A stretch of 64,000 nucleotides of DNA from Fidelibacterota bacterium UBA2242 (GCA_002347855.1 DDYE01000017.1:271685-335684), one strand, 5' to 3'; positions 10,968 to 21,121 are shown, numbered from the stretch's first letter. Notes: generated by a model from the sequence alone, not told the origin. Made by a program: numbers and translations.

Positions 10968-12284
10968 ATGACCCAGAGAAAATACTATATAGAGACTTAC
11001 GGTTGTCAAATGAATGCTGCGGACTCTGAGTTAGTTGCCGGTCTATTAGAAGAAATGCAATTGGTTGCTTGTTCTGATCCATCAGATGCAGATTTAATTA
11101 TCGTTAATTCGTGTAGTGTAAGGGCTGGTGCCGATGCCCGTGCCCTGGCGCGTCTATCCCAGTTTAAAAGTTTAAAAGCTCAAAACCCACGGCTGCGCTT
11201 GGGATTAATTGGATGCGTGGCGCAGCGCGACAAAGGTAAAATTATTGCCCAGAGACCCTATATTGATTTTGTCTTGGGACCTGATTCATACCGTCAAATT
11301 CCTACGATTATTAATGATTTGTCCACGCCTGTAGTACAAACCCATCTCTCTTGCATCGAAACTTATGAAGGCTTATTACCGCGGCGGCAGAAGGGAGTCA
11401 ATGCCTGGATACCAATCATGCGCGGTTGTAACAAGTTTTGTTCATTTTGCATTGTTCCCTACGTGCGTGGGCGTGAACGTAGTCGCTCAGTTGATAGCAT
11501 TCTCCAGGAAGTCAAACAGGCTGTGAGTGATGGCTTCAAGGAAGTCACTTTACTCGGGCAAAATGTAAATTCTTATCAATATGAATCTTATCGGTTTGCG
11601 GATCTTTTAGATGCGATTGCAAGAGTGGAAGGATTGTACCGAATCCGCTATACCTCGCCTCATCCTGCTGATATCAGTATCTACTTACTGGAAGTCATGC
11701 GTGCTCATAAAAACATTTGTAAGCATATTCATTTACCGCTGCAGGCAGGTTCGGATAGAATCTTGCAAGCCATGAACCGCAATTATACCCAGAATCATTA
11801 CCTACAGCTAGTCGAGACCATTAGAAAATATTTGCTTGATGTAGCTATTACGACCGATATTATCGTTGGTTTTCCGGGAGAGACGGAGAGTGACTTTTTA
11901 CAGACAGTCAAAGTAATGGAAACGGTAATTTTCGATGCAGCTTTTATGTTTCAATATTCACCGCGGCCGGGTACGAAAGCGGCACAATTGGTTGATGATG
12001 TTCCACTAGCCGAAAAGCAAAAGCGTCTTGAACAAATAATTGCCTTGCAGAAAATGCATACTTTGCAACGCAATCAAGCTCTTGTTGGGACAGTGCAGGA
12101 AATATTGATTGAGGGTAATAGTAAAAAGCGTCCTGGAGAAAAAATTGGGCGCACCGACACAAACAAAATAACCATAATTAAAAATGGCCAGGCTGAAATC
12201 GGCTCGTTAGTCGAGGTGAGAATTGACAAAGCGCTGGGCGTATCTCTTTTTGGAAGTGTTTTAAACCAAGAGAGGGCAAAATGA
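10968..12284 (+). CDS. miaB: tRNA-i6A37 methylthiotransferase MiaB
   Basis: YIETYGCQMN marks the UPF0004 domain and CNKFCSFCIVP is the radical-SAM CxxxCxxC motif. A TRAM-like C-terminus follows. Confidence 0.9.
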   Translation: MTQRKYYIETYGCQMNAADSELVAGLLEEMQLVACSDPSDADLIIVNSCSVRAGADARALARLSQFKSLKAQNPRLRLGLIGCVAQRDKGKIIAQRPYIDFVLGPDSYRQIPTIINDLSTPVVQTHLSCIETYEGLLPRRQKGVNAWIPIMRGCNKFCSFCIVPYVRGRERSRSVDSILQEVKQAVSDGFKEVTLLGQNVNSYQYESYRFADLLDAIARVEGLYRIRYTSPHPADISIYLLEVMRAHKNICKHIHLPLQAGSDRILQAMNRNYTQNHYLQLVETIRKYLLDVAITTDIIVGFPGETESDFLQTVKVMETVIFDAAFMFQYSPRPGTKAAQLVDDVPLAEKQKRLEQIIALQKMHTLQRNQALVGTVQEILIEGNSKKRPGEKIGRTDTNKITIIKNGQAEIGSLVEVRIDKALGVSLFGSVLNQERAK

Positions 12285-12589
12285 AATTTTTAAAGTTATT
12301 GGTATTAATCATTGTGATGTTTCTTTTAATAGTTTTTGTGGCGCAGAATGATGGTCATCCGGTTCCGATTAAATTTCTCTTTAGTACAGCTACTGTTGAA
12401 ATGGATGCGGTGATTCTTATTTTTATTTCTTTTTTAATTGGCTTGCTGTTAGGTTTTTTATATAGTGGTTTTCAGATTTTAGCGGCGAAGAACCATCTCC
12501 GAGTTTTAAATAATGAGTACCAAAAGCTGAAAAAAGAGGTAGATTTATTGCGCAATCAAGGGCTTAGCGATGAAGAAATCAGTCAATAA
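12281..12589 (+). CDS. LapA-like (DUF1049) inner-membrane protein
   Basis: 102 aa with two TM helices and a coiled-coil tail. ATGA overlap with miaB. It lies directly upstream of a LapB-like gene. Confidence 0.65.
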   Translation: MKFLKLLVLIIVMFLLIVFVAQNDGHPVPIKFLFSTATVEMDAVILIFISFLIGLLLGFLYSGFQILAAKNHLRVLNNEYQKLKKEVDLLRNQGLSDEEISQ

Positions 12590-12606
12590 TTGTTAGTGAA
12601 AGGAAT

Positions 12607-13755
12607 ATGATGAACCTTTTCGATATTCTACTGACCCTGATTCTGGTTTTGCTTTTTGTTTTTATCATTGTTAATCTTTTGAGCAATCGTCCTAAAAAGG
12701 TAAAAAGTGCCGCCAATTTATATTCTGTTGCCCTGACTCACATGCTGCATAATGAAAATGAGGCGGCTATTAAGTGTTTCAAAGAGGTAGTTCGCAAAGA
12801 TACCGAAAATATTGATGCCTACATTAATCTTGGCATTGTACTACGCCAGACCGGTAAAATCAACAATGCCATTAGAATCCACCAGAACTTACTCTATCGT
12901 CAGGAATTGACCGCATTGCAACGCCTGGAGATACTCCGTAATTTAGCGGAGGACTATATTCAACTTAATGACAGAGTTACTGCTTTAAAATATGTCAACC
13001 AAATGTTGGACATAGACAATAACAACCTCTGGGCAATTGAAAAAACCTATATGCTCAATCGCGATTTGGGCAATTGGGAAAAGGCTTCGGAGTATCTTGA
13101 AAAAGCGTTACTACTAAAGTCCGAAACCAACAATCGTCTTTTGGCACTCTATAAAGTTCAAGAAGGGCTGGTTAAATACCGCGCAGGTGAATATCATGAT
13201 GCTCGTTTAATATTCCGTAAAGCTCTCAAAATTGACCCTGATTGCGAAGCTGCTTGCTATTATATAGCTAAATCGTATATCGAGGACAAACGCGAAATGG
13301 ATTCCGTCGAGTGGTGGGTAAAATTCGCTGACATTGCCCCTGAAAAGGCGACTTTAGTCTTTGAACATCTCCAGACTATTCTATACAATCTGGGGTATTT
13401 CGGAAACATCGAAAGTTTTTATCAAAACCTGTTGCATAAACGTCCCAATGATCCTGCTTCGCTCATTGCCCTGGCACGTTTTTATGCTAAAAAAGGTGAC
13501 ATTAAGCAAGCGACGGTCATCTTGGAAAACTTGTTGGAAAATCATCCCGATTCAATTACCGCAAATATCACTCTGTGTAAATTGCTCATTGCTCAAAACA
13601 ATCTGGCACGGGCTAACGAAATCTTAAACAATTTGGTAGAGTCAATCGAGGCAAATCCCGAATATTACTGTACCAAGTGTGGTAACCGTCTTAAAGAAAT
13701 TGTATGGATTTGTCCGGTTTGTGGCGCAGCTGATACCTATTTCCAGCAACCATGA
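12607..13755 (+). CDS. LapB/YciM-like TPR protein with C-terminal zinc-ribbon
   Basis: N-terminal TM helix, TPR repeats, and a C-terminal CTKCGNRLKEIVWICPVCGA (CxxC...CxxC) as in LapB. Confidence 0.7.
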   Translation: MMNLFDILLTLILVLLFVFIIVNLLSNRPKKVKSAANLYSVALTHMLHNENEAAIKCFKEVVRKDTENIDAYINLGIVLRQTGKINNAIRIHQNLLYRQELTALQRLEILRNLAEDYIQLNDRVTALKYVNQMLDIDNNNLWAIEKTYMLNRDLGNWEKASEYLEKALLLKSETNNRLLALYKVQEGLVKYRAGEYHDARLIFRKALKIDPDCEAACYYIAKSYIEDKREMDSVEWWVKFADIAPEKATLVFEHLQTILYNLGYFGNIESFYQNLLHKRPNDPASLIALARFYAKKGDIKQATVILENLLENHPDSITANITLCKLLIAQNNLARANEILNNLVESIEANPEYYCTKCGNRLKEIVWICPVCGAADTYFQQP

Positions 13756-14564
13756 GAACGGTCTTTACCATATTTTTTTTATTGGCGGGTTTGAGCAAAG
13801 GATTCGACTTTAATGCCCTTTTTCAGACTATTCAGAATGGCGAAGTCGAATCAATTCGTGATTCAGTGTCATTTTTAGTGCAGACCTACCCAGAAAATCC
13901 CGAGGTGCTTTTTCTTTCTGGCTTAATCGAGCCGGATGGTGACAAAGCGCTCCTTATTTATAGAAATGTACTCTCTAAATATCCCAATAGTACCGTAGCA
14001 GACAACGCCTTTCTCAAAATAATCGAATATATTTATACCAAAGGTTTATATAACAAAACCGTGAAATATTCACAGGATCTTATAAAAAATTATCCCGCCT
14101 CGGAATGTATTGCTGACGCTGGCTACTTTTTATTAGCCAGTCTGGCGGCGATGAACCAGAAAGATTCGGTGTTGTATTATCAAAAATATTTAACAATGCA
14201 TTTTCCCGATATTAATTTTGCTTTTGATAATTTTCAGAGTAGCGCTAAATACGGTCTTCAGGATATTTCTAAATCCAGTGAACGACCTGCCATAATTAAT
14301 CCCCAGAATCAACCTCAACTGCCATCGAAGGGTGAGAATTTTGTCGTGCAGGTGGGAGTATTTGCTATCCCCAATAATGCCGCAGCTTTGAAAAGTCGCC
14401 TGCAGAAGTTAGGGTATCCAGCTCGCATCGAAGATACTATTTTAAATGGGCGCAATTTATTAGCAGTGCGTGTTGGTGATTTTGCTACGCGGGCTGAGGC
14501 ACAAGCATTTGGTGAGAAATTAAAACAGGAACAGCACCTTGAATTTGTGGTGATTAAAAAGTAA
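13752..14564 (+). CDS. Secreted TPR-like protein with C-terminal SPOR domain
   Basis: Signal-peptide-like N-terminus. The C-terminus FVVQVGVFAIPNNAAALKSRLQKLGYPARIE...AVRVGDFATRAEAQAF matches a SPOR fold. Confidence 0.7.
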   Translation: MRTVFTIFFLLAGLSKGFDFNALFQTIQNGEVESIRDSVSFLVQTYPENPEVLFLSGLIEPDGDKALLIYRNVLSKYPNSTVADNAFLKIIEYIYTKGLYNKTVKYSQDLIKNYPASECIADAGYFLLASLAAMNQKDSVLYYQKYLTMHFPDINFAFDNFQSSAKYGLQDISKSSERPAIINPQNQPQLPSKGENFVVQVGVFAIPNNAAALKSRLQKLGYPARIEDTILNGRNLLAVRVGDFATRAEAQAFGEKLKQEQHLEFVVIKK

Positions 14565-14568
14565 ACAT

Positions 14569-14660
14569 GGGAATGAATGCAACCCCGGTGGGTGCCGCGG
14601 TCTTCAAAATCGTCGTCCCGCCAATAGGCGGGAGCTGGGTTCGACTCCCAGGCGTTCCCG
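14569..14660 (+). tRNA. selC: tRNA-Sec (anticodon UCA)
   Basis: GGGAATGA acceptor arm pairs with GCGTTCCC. The D arm has a CGGT tetraloop as in E. coli selC. The anticodon loop is CTTCAAA (UCA). The long variable arm is TCCCGCC-AATA-GGCGGGA. The T arm is CTGGG-TTCGACT-CCCAG. Discriminator is G and CCA is not encoded. Confidence 0.78.
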
Positions 14661-14795
14661 CAAAAATCTTGCGCTCCTTTAGCTGATTAGCGATTTGGCG
14701 GGGGAAATAGTTCAGGTTGATATCCAATCATTAAATTGGTTATTGGAAATTTGAGATAATATTGCTAAAATTTCCACGTTATTTGATTAAATGAG

Positions 14796-14878
14796 GTCCA
14801 GGGGTGCTATCCCGGCAAATTGGGACGGCTGAGAAATTACCCTTTGAACCTGATCTGGATAATACCAGCGAAGGGAGG
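14796..14878 (+). promoter_or_regulatory. TPP (THI-box) riboswitch
   Basis: AGGGGTGC (14800-14807), CTGAGA (14829-14834), ACCC, and AACCTGATCTGGATAATACCAGCGAAGGGA match the TPP aptamer core almost base for base. The GGGAGG Shine-Dalgarno (14873-14878) lies at the aptamer 3' edge, 4 nt before the ATG at 14883. Confidence 0.88.
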
Positions 14879-14882
14879 TCGT

Positions 14883-17399
14883 ATGAAATGCCTTTTTTCT
14901 TTTCTTTTAATCTTTTCAATTCTTTTTTTCAGCAGCAGTGTCAACCTTTGGGGTGCTGTATCCTCTAAGCCAATTGTTATTACCGGTGAAGTAGTTTCAG
15001 CGCATAGTGCTGCTCCAATCGCCAATGTAAATATCTCGGTCGAAGGCACCCGATGGGGTTGTGCCAGTAATAAAGCTGGCATTTTTGTAATCAAGGTAGA
15101 TTCTCTTCCCGTGACCCTGTCATTCAGTCATATTGCTTTCGAGAGAAAAAATGTCAGGGTCACTCGACCTCAGGTCGGCATAATCCAGCTCGTTCCAGCG
15201 GTATTGATGGGCGAAGAAATCTTAGTCTCCGCGACTCAAGCAGTGCCCGGCAAAACACCAGTTGCCTTTACCGATTTGAACCGGATGCAAATTGAACAAC
15301 TTTATTACCATCAGGATGTACCGCTGGTTTTATCCGACCTGCCGGGTGTCTATGCTTATTCTGATGCGGGCAATGGGGTTGGTTATAGCTATCTCAAAAT
15401 CAGAGGCTTTCAGCAGAGTCAGTTAGGAGTGCTGCTTAATGGCATTCCTTTAAATGACCCTGAAGAGCACGCCGTCTATTGGGTTGACCATGGTGACATC
15501 CTTGCCTCGAGCAGCAGTATTCAGGTCCAGCGTGGGGTTGGTAACTCTCTCTATGGTACTTCTGTGTTTGGCGGTACTGTTAATGTTGTGACCAATACCA
15601 GCAGCCTACCACGGGGTACAACTTTGAATCTCGGTTATGGCAATTACATGGAAAAGGGATTGGATTTGCCATCGCAAAAAATTGCCTTCAGCTATAATGG
15701 TTCCCTACCTAAAAATCTGTCACTGTATCTACGCCTATCCCATCTGACTAGTGCTGGTTATCGTCAGAGTAGCGGTACAGACCAAAATTCATTGCATTTG
15801 AGTCTCGAACAATCGCTAAAAAACAGATTGACTCGCCTGGAAGTTCTGTTAGGAGTAGAAAATACTGGTTTTGCTTGGGAAGGTATTGCTCCAGTATACG
15901 GTTATAATCTTAAAAACCGTCAGCAGCGACGCTATAATTTTTATGCTGACCCTGAATATAATGGTGGTTTAACGAATGCTAATAAGGATGTTTTCCGGCA
16001 GGGACTCTTTTCGCTGCAACATAGTCGGATTATAAATCATGTTTTGTTGAATCTAACTCTCTATGCGGTTCAGGGTAATGGTTATTATGAACAATTCAAG
16101 GGTAAGCGTGATGTTGAGGAATACAATTTAGTCAGCCTATTCCCAGATGTAGTACATAAAGTTGATTTAATCCGACAAAAGTGGCTGCAAAACGGCTACT
16201 GGGGTACGCTTTATCAAATTACCCTTCCGCTTAAAAGTTGCCAATTGACCCTGGGCGGTGATATGCGCATTTATGAAGCAGCTCACTTTGGACGAGTTAA
16301 AAAAGTCCTCAAAGAGTACTTGCCCAATGATAGTACGATTTCGCAATCAACCTTTCCGCCTGCTAACCATAAGTATTATCAAACTGACCGAGAAAAAAAA
16401 TCAATTTCCTTTTATGTTCACAGCTATTTTGATTTAACGCCACGCTTAGGTCTGATGTTTGATGGGCGTTATTTGGGGCATCGCTATTCCTATATCCAGC
16501 GCCGCCTTGGTGTTTATACTCAGGGATACCGCTTTAAACTCAAGTACGATTTCTGGGATCCGCATATCGGCGTCAATTATCGCCTGACTGATTATTGTTC
16601 CATTTTTAGCAATATCTCCACTGCTCACCGTGAACCAACAGACGATGATATTTATAAACAAGATAGTCCGGAGGATGTGCCCAAATTGACTCATTTAGAG
16701 CGAGAGTATGCTGAGCCGCTGGTCAAACCCGAATATTTAATTGACTACGAAGCGGGACTTAAGTTTGATTTACCTGCTACTAAACTGCAAATTAATCTCT
16801 ATCGCATGGATTTTCGTGATGAATTAATCCCGGTGGAATATCGTTACTATGATGCCGACCAGGTATTTCATGCCAATATTGACCGCACAGTTCATCAGGG
16901 AGTTGAGTTGAGCTTTACTCAGCGCTGGCGATGGTTATTGTGGGATGCTAATTTGTCTTATGCTGACAACCATTTTGTGAATTTTCAGGCGGATTCCATT
17001 GGCTGGAGTGGTTGGGGACCAATTGCGGATTATAGTGGAAAAGTCATTCCCGCCTATCCCACCTGGCAAGCCAAGAGTCGCCTTAGTTTGAAATTGGCTG
17101 ATAATGAACTCTGGTTGCAGACAATCTATACTGGCAAGCAGTATATTGACTTTGCGAATACTTCCGCTGCAGCCATCAAGCCCGTTACGTTAGTGAATGT
17201 CGGGTTGAATTATCACCTACCCTTGAAGAAGTATTTCAAGGCAACACTTGCTTTCAGGATTAACAATCTATTCGACAAACTTTACGAGACTTTTGGCTAT
17301 AACTACTATGAAGACTGGGATGATCATTTACAACGCATAGACCTCTATTGGCCAGCTGCTACTCGTAACTATTATCTATCTCTGGTCGTGAATTTTTAA
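14883..17399 (+). CDS. TonB-dependent outer-membrane receptor (putative thiamin or thiamin-precursor transporter)
   Basis: Signal peptide, CarboxypepD_reg-like domain (ITGEVVS...ANVNISVEG), plug domain, and a beta-barrel ending in ...YYLSLVVNF with terminal F. The start is set at MKCLFSF because the tracked upstream 21 codons cover the riboswitch. Confidence 0.88.
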   Translation: MKCLFSFLLIFSILFFSSSVNLWGAVSSKPIVITGEVVSAHSAAPIANVNISVEGTRWGCASNKAGIFVIKVDSLPVTLSFSHIAFERKNVRVTRPQVGIIQLVPAVLMGEEILVSATQAVPGKTPVAFTDLNRMQIEQLYYHQDVPLVLSDLPGVYAYSDAGNGVGYSYLKIRGFQQSQLGVLLNGIPLNDPEEHAVYWVDHGDILASSSSIQVQRGVGNSLYGTSVFGGTVNVVTNTSSLPRGTTLNLGYGNYMEKGLDLPSQKIAFSYNGSLPKNLSLYLRLSHLTSAGYRQSSGTDQNSLHLSLEQSLKNRLTRLEVLLGVENTGFAWEGIAPVYGYNLKNRQQRRYNFYADPEYNGGLTNANKDVFRQGLFSLQHSRIINHVLLNLTLYAVQGNGYYEQFKGKRDVEEYNLVSLFPDVVHKVDLIRQKWLQNGYWGTLYQITLPLKSCQLTLGGDMRIYEAAHFGRVKKVLKEYLPNDSTISQSTFPPANHKYYQTDREKKSISFYVHSYFDLTPRLGLMFDGRYLGHRYSYIQRRLGVYTQGYRFKLKYDFWDPHIGVNYRLTDYCSIFSNISTAHREPTDDDIYKQDSPEDVPKLTHLEREYAEPLVKPEYLIDYEAGLKFDLPATKLQINLYRMDFRDELIPVEYRYYDADQVFHANIDRTVHQGVELSFTQRWRWLLWDANLSYADNHFVNFQADSIGWSGWGPIADYSGKVIPAYPTWQAKSRLSLKLADNELWLQTIYTGKQYIDFANTSAAAIKPVTLVNVGLNYHLPLKKYFKATLAFRINNLFDKLYETFGYNYYEDWDDHLQRIDLYWPAATRNYYLSLVVNF

Positions 17400-17400
17400 T

Positions 17401-17456
17401 GTTCCAGCCATAAAGGCTGGAACATTAAAGCGAGTACGAAAAGGTATACTTTTCGT
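17401..17456 (+). terminator. Tandem hairpins after the receptor gene (possible terminator)
   Basis: GTTCCAGCC-ATAAA-GGCTGGAAC (17401-17423), then ACGAAAAG-GTATA-CTTTTCGT (17436-17456). Neither has a long T-tract. Confidence 0.5.
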
Positions 17457-17513
17457 TAGGGGAAATTGTTTGTCAAATTGCTGCAATATGCGTAAAATTT
17501 TCACGCTTATTAT

Positions 17514-20198
17514 ATGGTTCAAAAATCTACATTATACTTAATTGATGGTTCGGCAATTGCTTACCGTTCCTATTTTGGGACGATTCGCAATCGTCTTACG
17601 ACTTCGCGTGGTGAACCAACGGGCGCTGTCTATGCTTTCGTGAACTCACTCCTTAAGATACTAAACGAATCACGACCGAATTATATTGGTATTGCCTTTG
17701 ATGCTCCTGAAAAGACCTTTCGCCATCAGGTTTATGAGGATTACAAGGCGACCCGCGAAGCGATGCCAGAGGACCTCATTAAGCAATTGCCGTATATGTT
17801 CGAGTTTATCAAAGCCCTGAATATTCCAACGATTATTATGCCCGGTTTCGAAGCTGACGATATCATTGGAACGATGGCTTATCGGGCACGTCAACATAAC
17901 CTCCTGGTCTATATTGTCACTGGCGACAAGGATTTTATGCAGTTATTAACGGATGATATTCTTATCCTTAAACCAGCAATTGCCGGAAAAGAGGTAGAGA
18001 TAATTGACGCCGAGGGTGTACTTACTAAGTGGGGTGTTAAGCCGCACCAGATTCCTGACTATCTGGGATTAATTGGTGATTCCTCTGACAACATACCAGG
18101 AGTGAAAGGTATCGGACCAGCCAAGGCACAGCCACTTTTACAGGAATTTGGCAACCTGGAAGGTGTGCTCAACAATCTTGACCGTATTGGCAATCCACGC
18201 ATTCGCGATTTGATTCGTGATGGTGCTCATCTGGCACGTTTATCGAAAGAACTAGCGACTATTAAAACCGATGTGCCCATTAATATTGATTTTGAAATGC
18301 TGAAAGTCCAGAATCCCGATGAAGAGGCTTTGCAAAACCTTTATAAACGTCTCGAATTCCATTCCTTGTTAAAACAAACTGAATCAATCGCACCGTCGCC
18401 ACGACCAATAAAAAATTACCGCACCGTTCAAAGCTTGTCTGAGATTAGACAACTCATCGCAGAAATCAAACATGGTGATGTCTTTGCTCTTGACTTGGAA
18501 ACGACCTCCATCAGTCCTATGATAGCAGAAATCGTGGGAGTGGCGCTCAGTTGGAAGCCTCATCAAGGTATCTATTTGCCTCTGCGGATGCCCGGCGGGT
18601 TATTTGGCAATGAAGAACATCTCCAGTTATTGAAAGAGTTAAAACCAATTCTCGAAGATGAAAAATTGACGAAATGCGGCCAAAATCTGAAATACGATTT
18701 ACTCATTCTCAAGCGCTACGGGTATCAGGTTAGAGGGAAAATTTTTGATACTATGATTGCGGCTTATTTAATTCAGCCCGATGCCCATAGCTACAAACTC
18801 GATAAACTTGCCCAGCAATACCTGAACTATCAGATGCAACCCATTGAAGAGTTAATTGGTAAGGGCAAAGACCAGTTGACTATGGATCAGGTGTCTGTGG
18901 AAAAAGTCACCTTTTACGCGGCAGAGGATGCTGATGTAGCTCTACAACTCCAGCCAATCTTGACTCAGAAAATGCACTCAGATCAAACCTGGGATGTTTT
19001 TCAAAATATTGAGATGCCGCTGGTGCCAGTCTTGATGACTATGGAACAGAATGGGGTTTTCCTGAATATCGAACTTTTAAAGCAAATGTCCTGCGGTCTC
19101 GATGAGCAAATTGAGCAACTCAGTCAGCAAATCTACGACCTGGCAGGTTGTCAGTTTAATATCAATTCACCTAAACAACTTGGAGAGATTCTCTTTGATA
19201 AATTAAAATTGCCTAAAATCAAAGGCTACTCCACTGATGTGACGGTTCTGGAAAAGATAAAACATCGGCATCCACTACCGGAAGCCATCCTTGAATACCG
19301 CGGCTTGGTCAAGCTGCAAAATACTTACCTTGAGACTCTGCCGCAGTTAGTCAATCCCAAGACGGGGCGTGTGCATAGTTCTTTTAATCAGACCGGTACC
19401 GCTACTGGACGATTGAGCAGTAGCGACCCCAATTTTCAAAATATTCCTATCCGTACAGAAATTGGTCGTGAAATTCGTAAGGCTTTTGTCCCGCAACGAA
19501 CTGATTGGCTCATTTTGTCGGCTGATTATTCGCAAATTGAACTAAGAATTATGGCGCATTTATCTAAGGATCCGGAGTTGCTCCGGGCGTTTAGTGAAAA
19601 TGTTGATATCCATACCCGCACTGCTGCACGTGTTTTCGGTGTCGCTGAAGAAGATGTACTGCCGGAAATGCGCCGGGTAGCCAAAGTGGTAAATTTTGGG
19701 ATAATGTACGGCGCAGGACCATTCAGGATGTCTGAAGAATTAAACATTCCGCGGGCAGAAGCTACTAAACTAATTAAACAATACTTTAATACTTACCCAG
19801 GGATAAATGCTTATATCATGAAAACTCTGGAAGAAGCGCGAGAGAAAGGCTACGTCAAAACCTTAGCGGGACGTCTGCGCTATGTCCCGGATATTAATAG
19901 CGAGAATCGTAATATCAGGGAAGCCGCGGAGAGAATTGCGATTAATATGCCCATTCAGGGTACTGCCGCCGATATGATAAAACTGGCAATGATCAAAATT
20001 CAAGCGCAAATGGAAGAGCATAAACTCCGGGCAATGATGATTTTGCAAATTCACGACGAGTTGCTTTTTGAAGTGCCATCTGATGAACTGGATATTTTAA
20101 AGACCATCGTCGTCAGAGAAATGGAATGGGCACTGCCTCTGGATGTGCCCATTCATGTTGAAGTTGGTGTAGGAAAATCTTGGTACGAGGCGCATTAG
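17514..20198 (+). CDS. polA: DNA polymerase I
   Basis: 5'-nuclease domain (LIDGSAIAYRSYF, GDKDFMQL), 3'-5' exonuclease domain (FALDLETTS), and polymerase motifs DYSQIELRIMAH, RRVAKVVNFGIMYG, QIHDELLFE. Confidence 0.96.
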   Translation: MVQKSTLYLIDGSAIAYRSYFGTIRNRLTTSRGEPTGAVYAFVNSLLKILNESRPNYIGIAFDAPEKTFRHQVYEDYKATREAMPEDLIKQLPYMFEFIKALNIPTIIMPGFEADDIIGTMAYRARQHNLLVYIVTGDKDFMQLLTDDILILKPAIAGKEVEIIDAEGVLTKWGVKPHQIPDYLGLIGDSSDNIPGVKGIGPAKAQPLLQEFGNLEGVLNNLDRIGNPRIRDLIRDGAHLARLSKELATIKTDVPINIDFEMLKVQNPDEEALQNLYKRLEFHSLLKQTESIAPSPRPIKNYRTVQSLSEIRQLIAEIKHGDVFALDLETTSISPMIAEIVGVALSWKPHQGIYLPLRMPGGLFGNEEHLQLLKELKPILEDEKLTKCGQNLKYDLLILKRYGYQVRGKIFDTMIAAYLIQPDAHSYKLDKLAQQYLNYQMQPIEELIGKGKDQLTMDQVSVEKVTFYAAEDADVALQLQPILTQKMHSDQTWDVFQNIEMPLVPVLMTMEQNGVFLNIELLKQMSCGLDEQIEQLSQQIYDLAGCQFNINSPKQLGEILFDKLKLPKIKGYSTDVTVLEKIKHRHPLPEAILEYRGLVKLQNTYLETLPQLVNPKTGRVHSSFNQTGTATGRLSSSDPNFQNIPIRTEIGREIRKAFVPQRTDWLILSADYSQIELRIMAHLSKDPELLRAFSENVDIHTRTAARVFGVAEEDVLPEMRRVAKVVNFGIMYGAGPFRMSEELNIPRAEATKLIKQYFNTYPGINAYIMKTLEEAREKGYVKTLAGRLRYVPDINSENRNIREAAERIAINMPIQGTAADMIKLAMIKIQAQMEEHKLRAMMILQIHDELLFEVPSDELDILKTIVVREMEWALPLDVPIHVEVGVGKSWYEAH

Positions 20199-21118
20199 TG
20201 GAAGCATCAATTACTCTTAAAAATGTCAGCAAGCATTTTCAAAAAACGTATCTTTTTAGCAATTTAAATCTGGGAATCGAGAAGGGCACGACCTTTGCCA
20301 TAGTTGGACGCAATGGCGCCGGAAAATCGGTTCTTCTTAAGTTACTATCTACCTGGATGACACCCGATGCCGGCTCGGTTTTTATCCTTGGCAAGGAAGT
20401 TAGTCAGGCAGTGAATGTATCCCGTTATATCGCCTATCTTCCGGATAGCGATTGCCATGACCCGTGGCAAACTGGCTGGAGTAATATCAAGTATCGGGCT
20501 GATTTAATTGGTCTGGATGAAAAAGATTTCAAAGATAAAGTTCTACCCCTCATTGAATTATTTAACCTGAACGAGAAATTAAACGACTATCCGGTCACTT
20601 ACTCGCGGGGTACGAAACGGTGTTTAAATCTGGTTTTGACTCTGATGAGTGACACTGAGATTTTGCTTTTAGATGAGCCTACCCTCGGATTGGATTACCA
20701 AAATCGCTGGGCATTACTGCAATATCTTTTGAAAATCAAAGAAGAAAAGACCATTGTCATTGCTTCCAATACTTTCACTGAGATTCATTCCATCGCCGAC
20801 CGCTGGATTGTGCTTGAAAAAGGAGTCGTCCGCTTTGATGGCACTGTTGCCAAAATGCTCAGCCAGATCGAAATTCCGTTTACTCTCGAACTCATGTTGC
20901 AAACACCAGATGAACAGGTTGCCCGGCGATTACGTCAATTGTCCAGTGTGCAGAATGTTAACGAATACGGCTTGATGGTGCGGGGTTCTGTTCGGAATAT
21001 CAATGACCTGCCGGATATTCTTAAGCAAATTGACCTTACAAATATTGCTGGTATAAATGGTCAGACCATGAGCGTCGAGGAATTTTTAAATCAATTGCTT
21101 TCTGATGAAGGAATATAA
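20198..21118 (+). CDS. ABC transporter ATP-binding protein (ABC-2 exporter type)
   Basis: Walker A GRNGAGKS, degenerate signature YSRGTKRCL, Walker B ILLLDEPT. The GTG start shares 1 nt with the polA TAG stop; the tracked TTG at 20180 lies inside polA. Confidence 0.85.
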   Translation: MEASITLKNVSKHFQKTYLFSNLNLGIEKGTTFAIVGRNGAGKSVLLKLLSTWMTPDAGSVFILGKEVSQAVNVSRYIAYLPDSDCHDPWQTGWSNIKYRADLIGLDEKDFKDKVLPLIELFNLNEKLNDYPVTYSRGTKRCLNLVLTLMSDTEILLLDEPTLGLDYQNRWALLQYLLKIKEEKTIVIASNTFTEIHSIADRWIVLEKGVVRFDGTVAKMLSQIEIPFTLELMLQTPDEQVARRLRQLSSVQNVNEYGLMVRGSVRNINDLPDILKQIDLTNIAGINGQTMSVEEFLNQLLSDEGI

Positions 21119-21121
21119 AGG

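Noticed and set aside
14569-14660. Alternative reading of the tRNA as tRNA-Ser or another long-arm tRNA
   Set aside because: The 7-nt anticodon loop CTTCAAA places TCA at positions 34-36, which is not a Ser or Leu anticodon. The D-arm geometry matches selC.
14820-14882. Upstream extension of the TonB receptor ORF (MGRLRNYPLNLIWIIPAKGGR)
   Set aside because: These codons are the TPP riboswitch read as protein. The signal peptide starts at MKCLFSF, which has its own SD.
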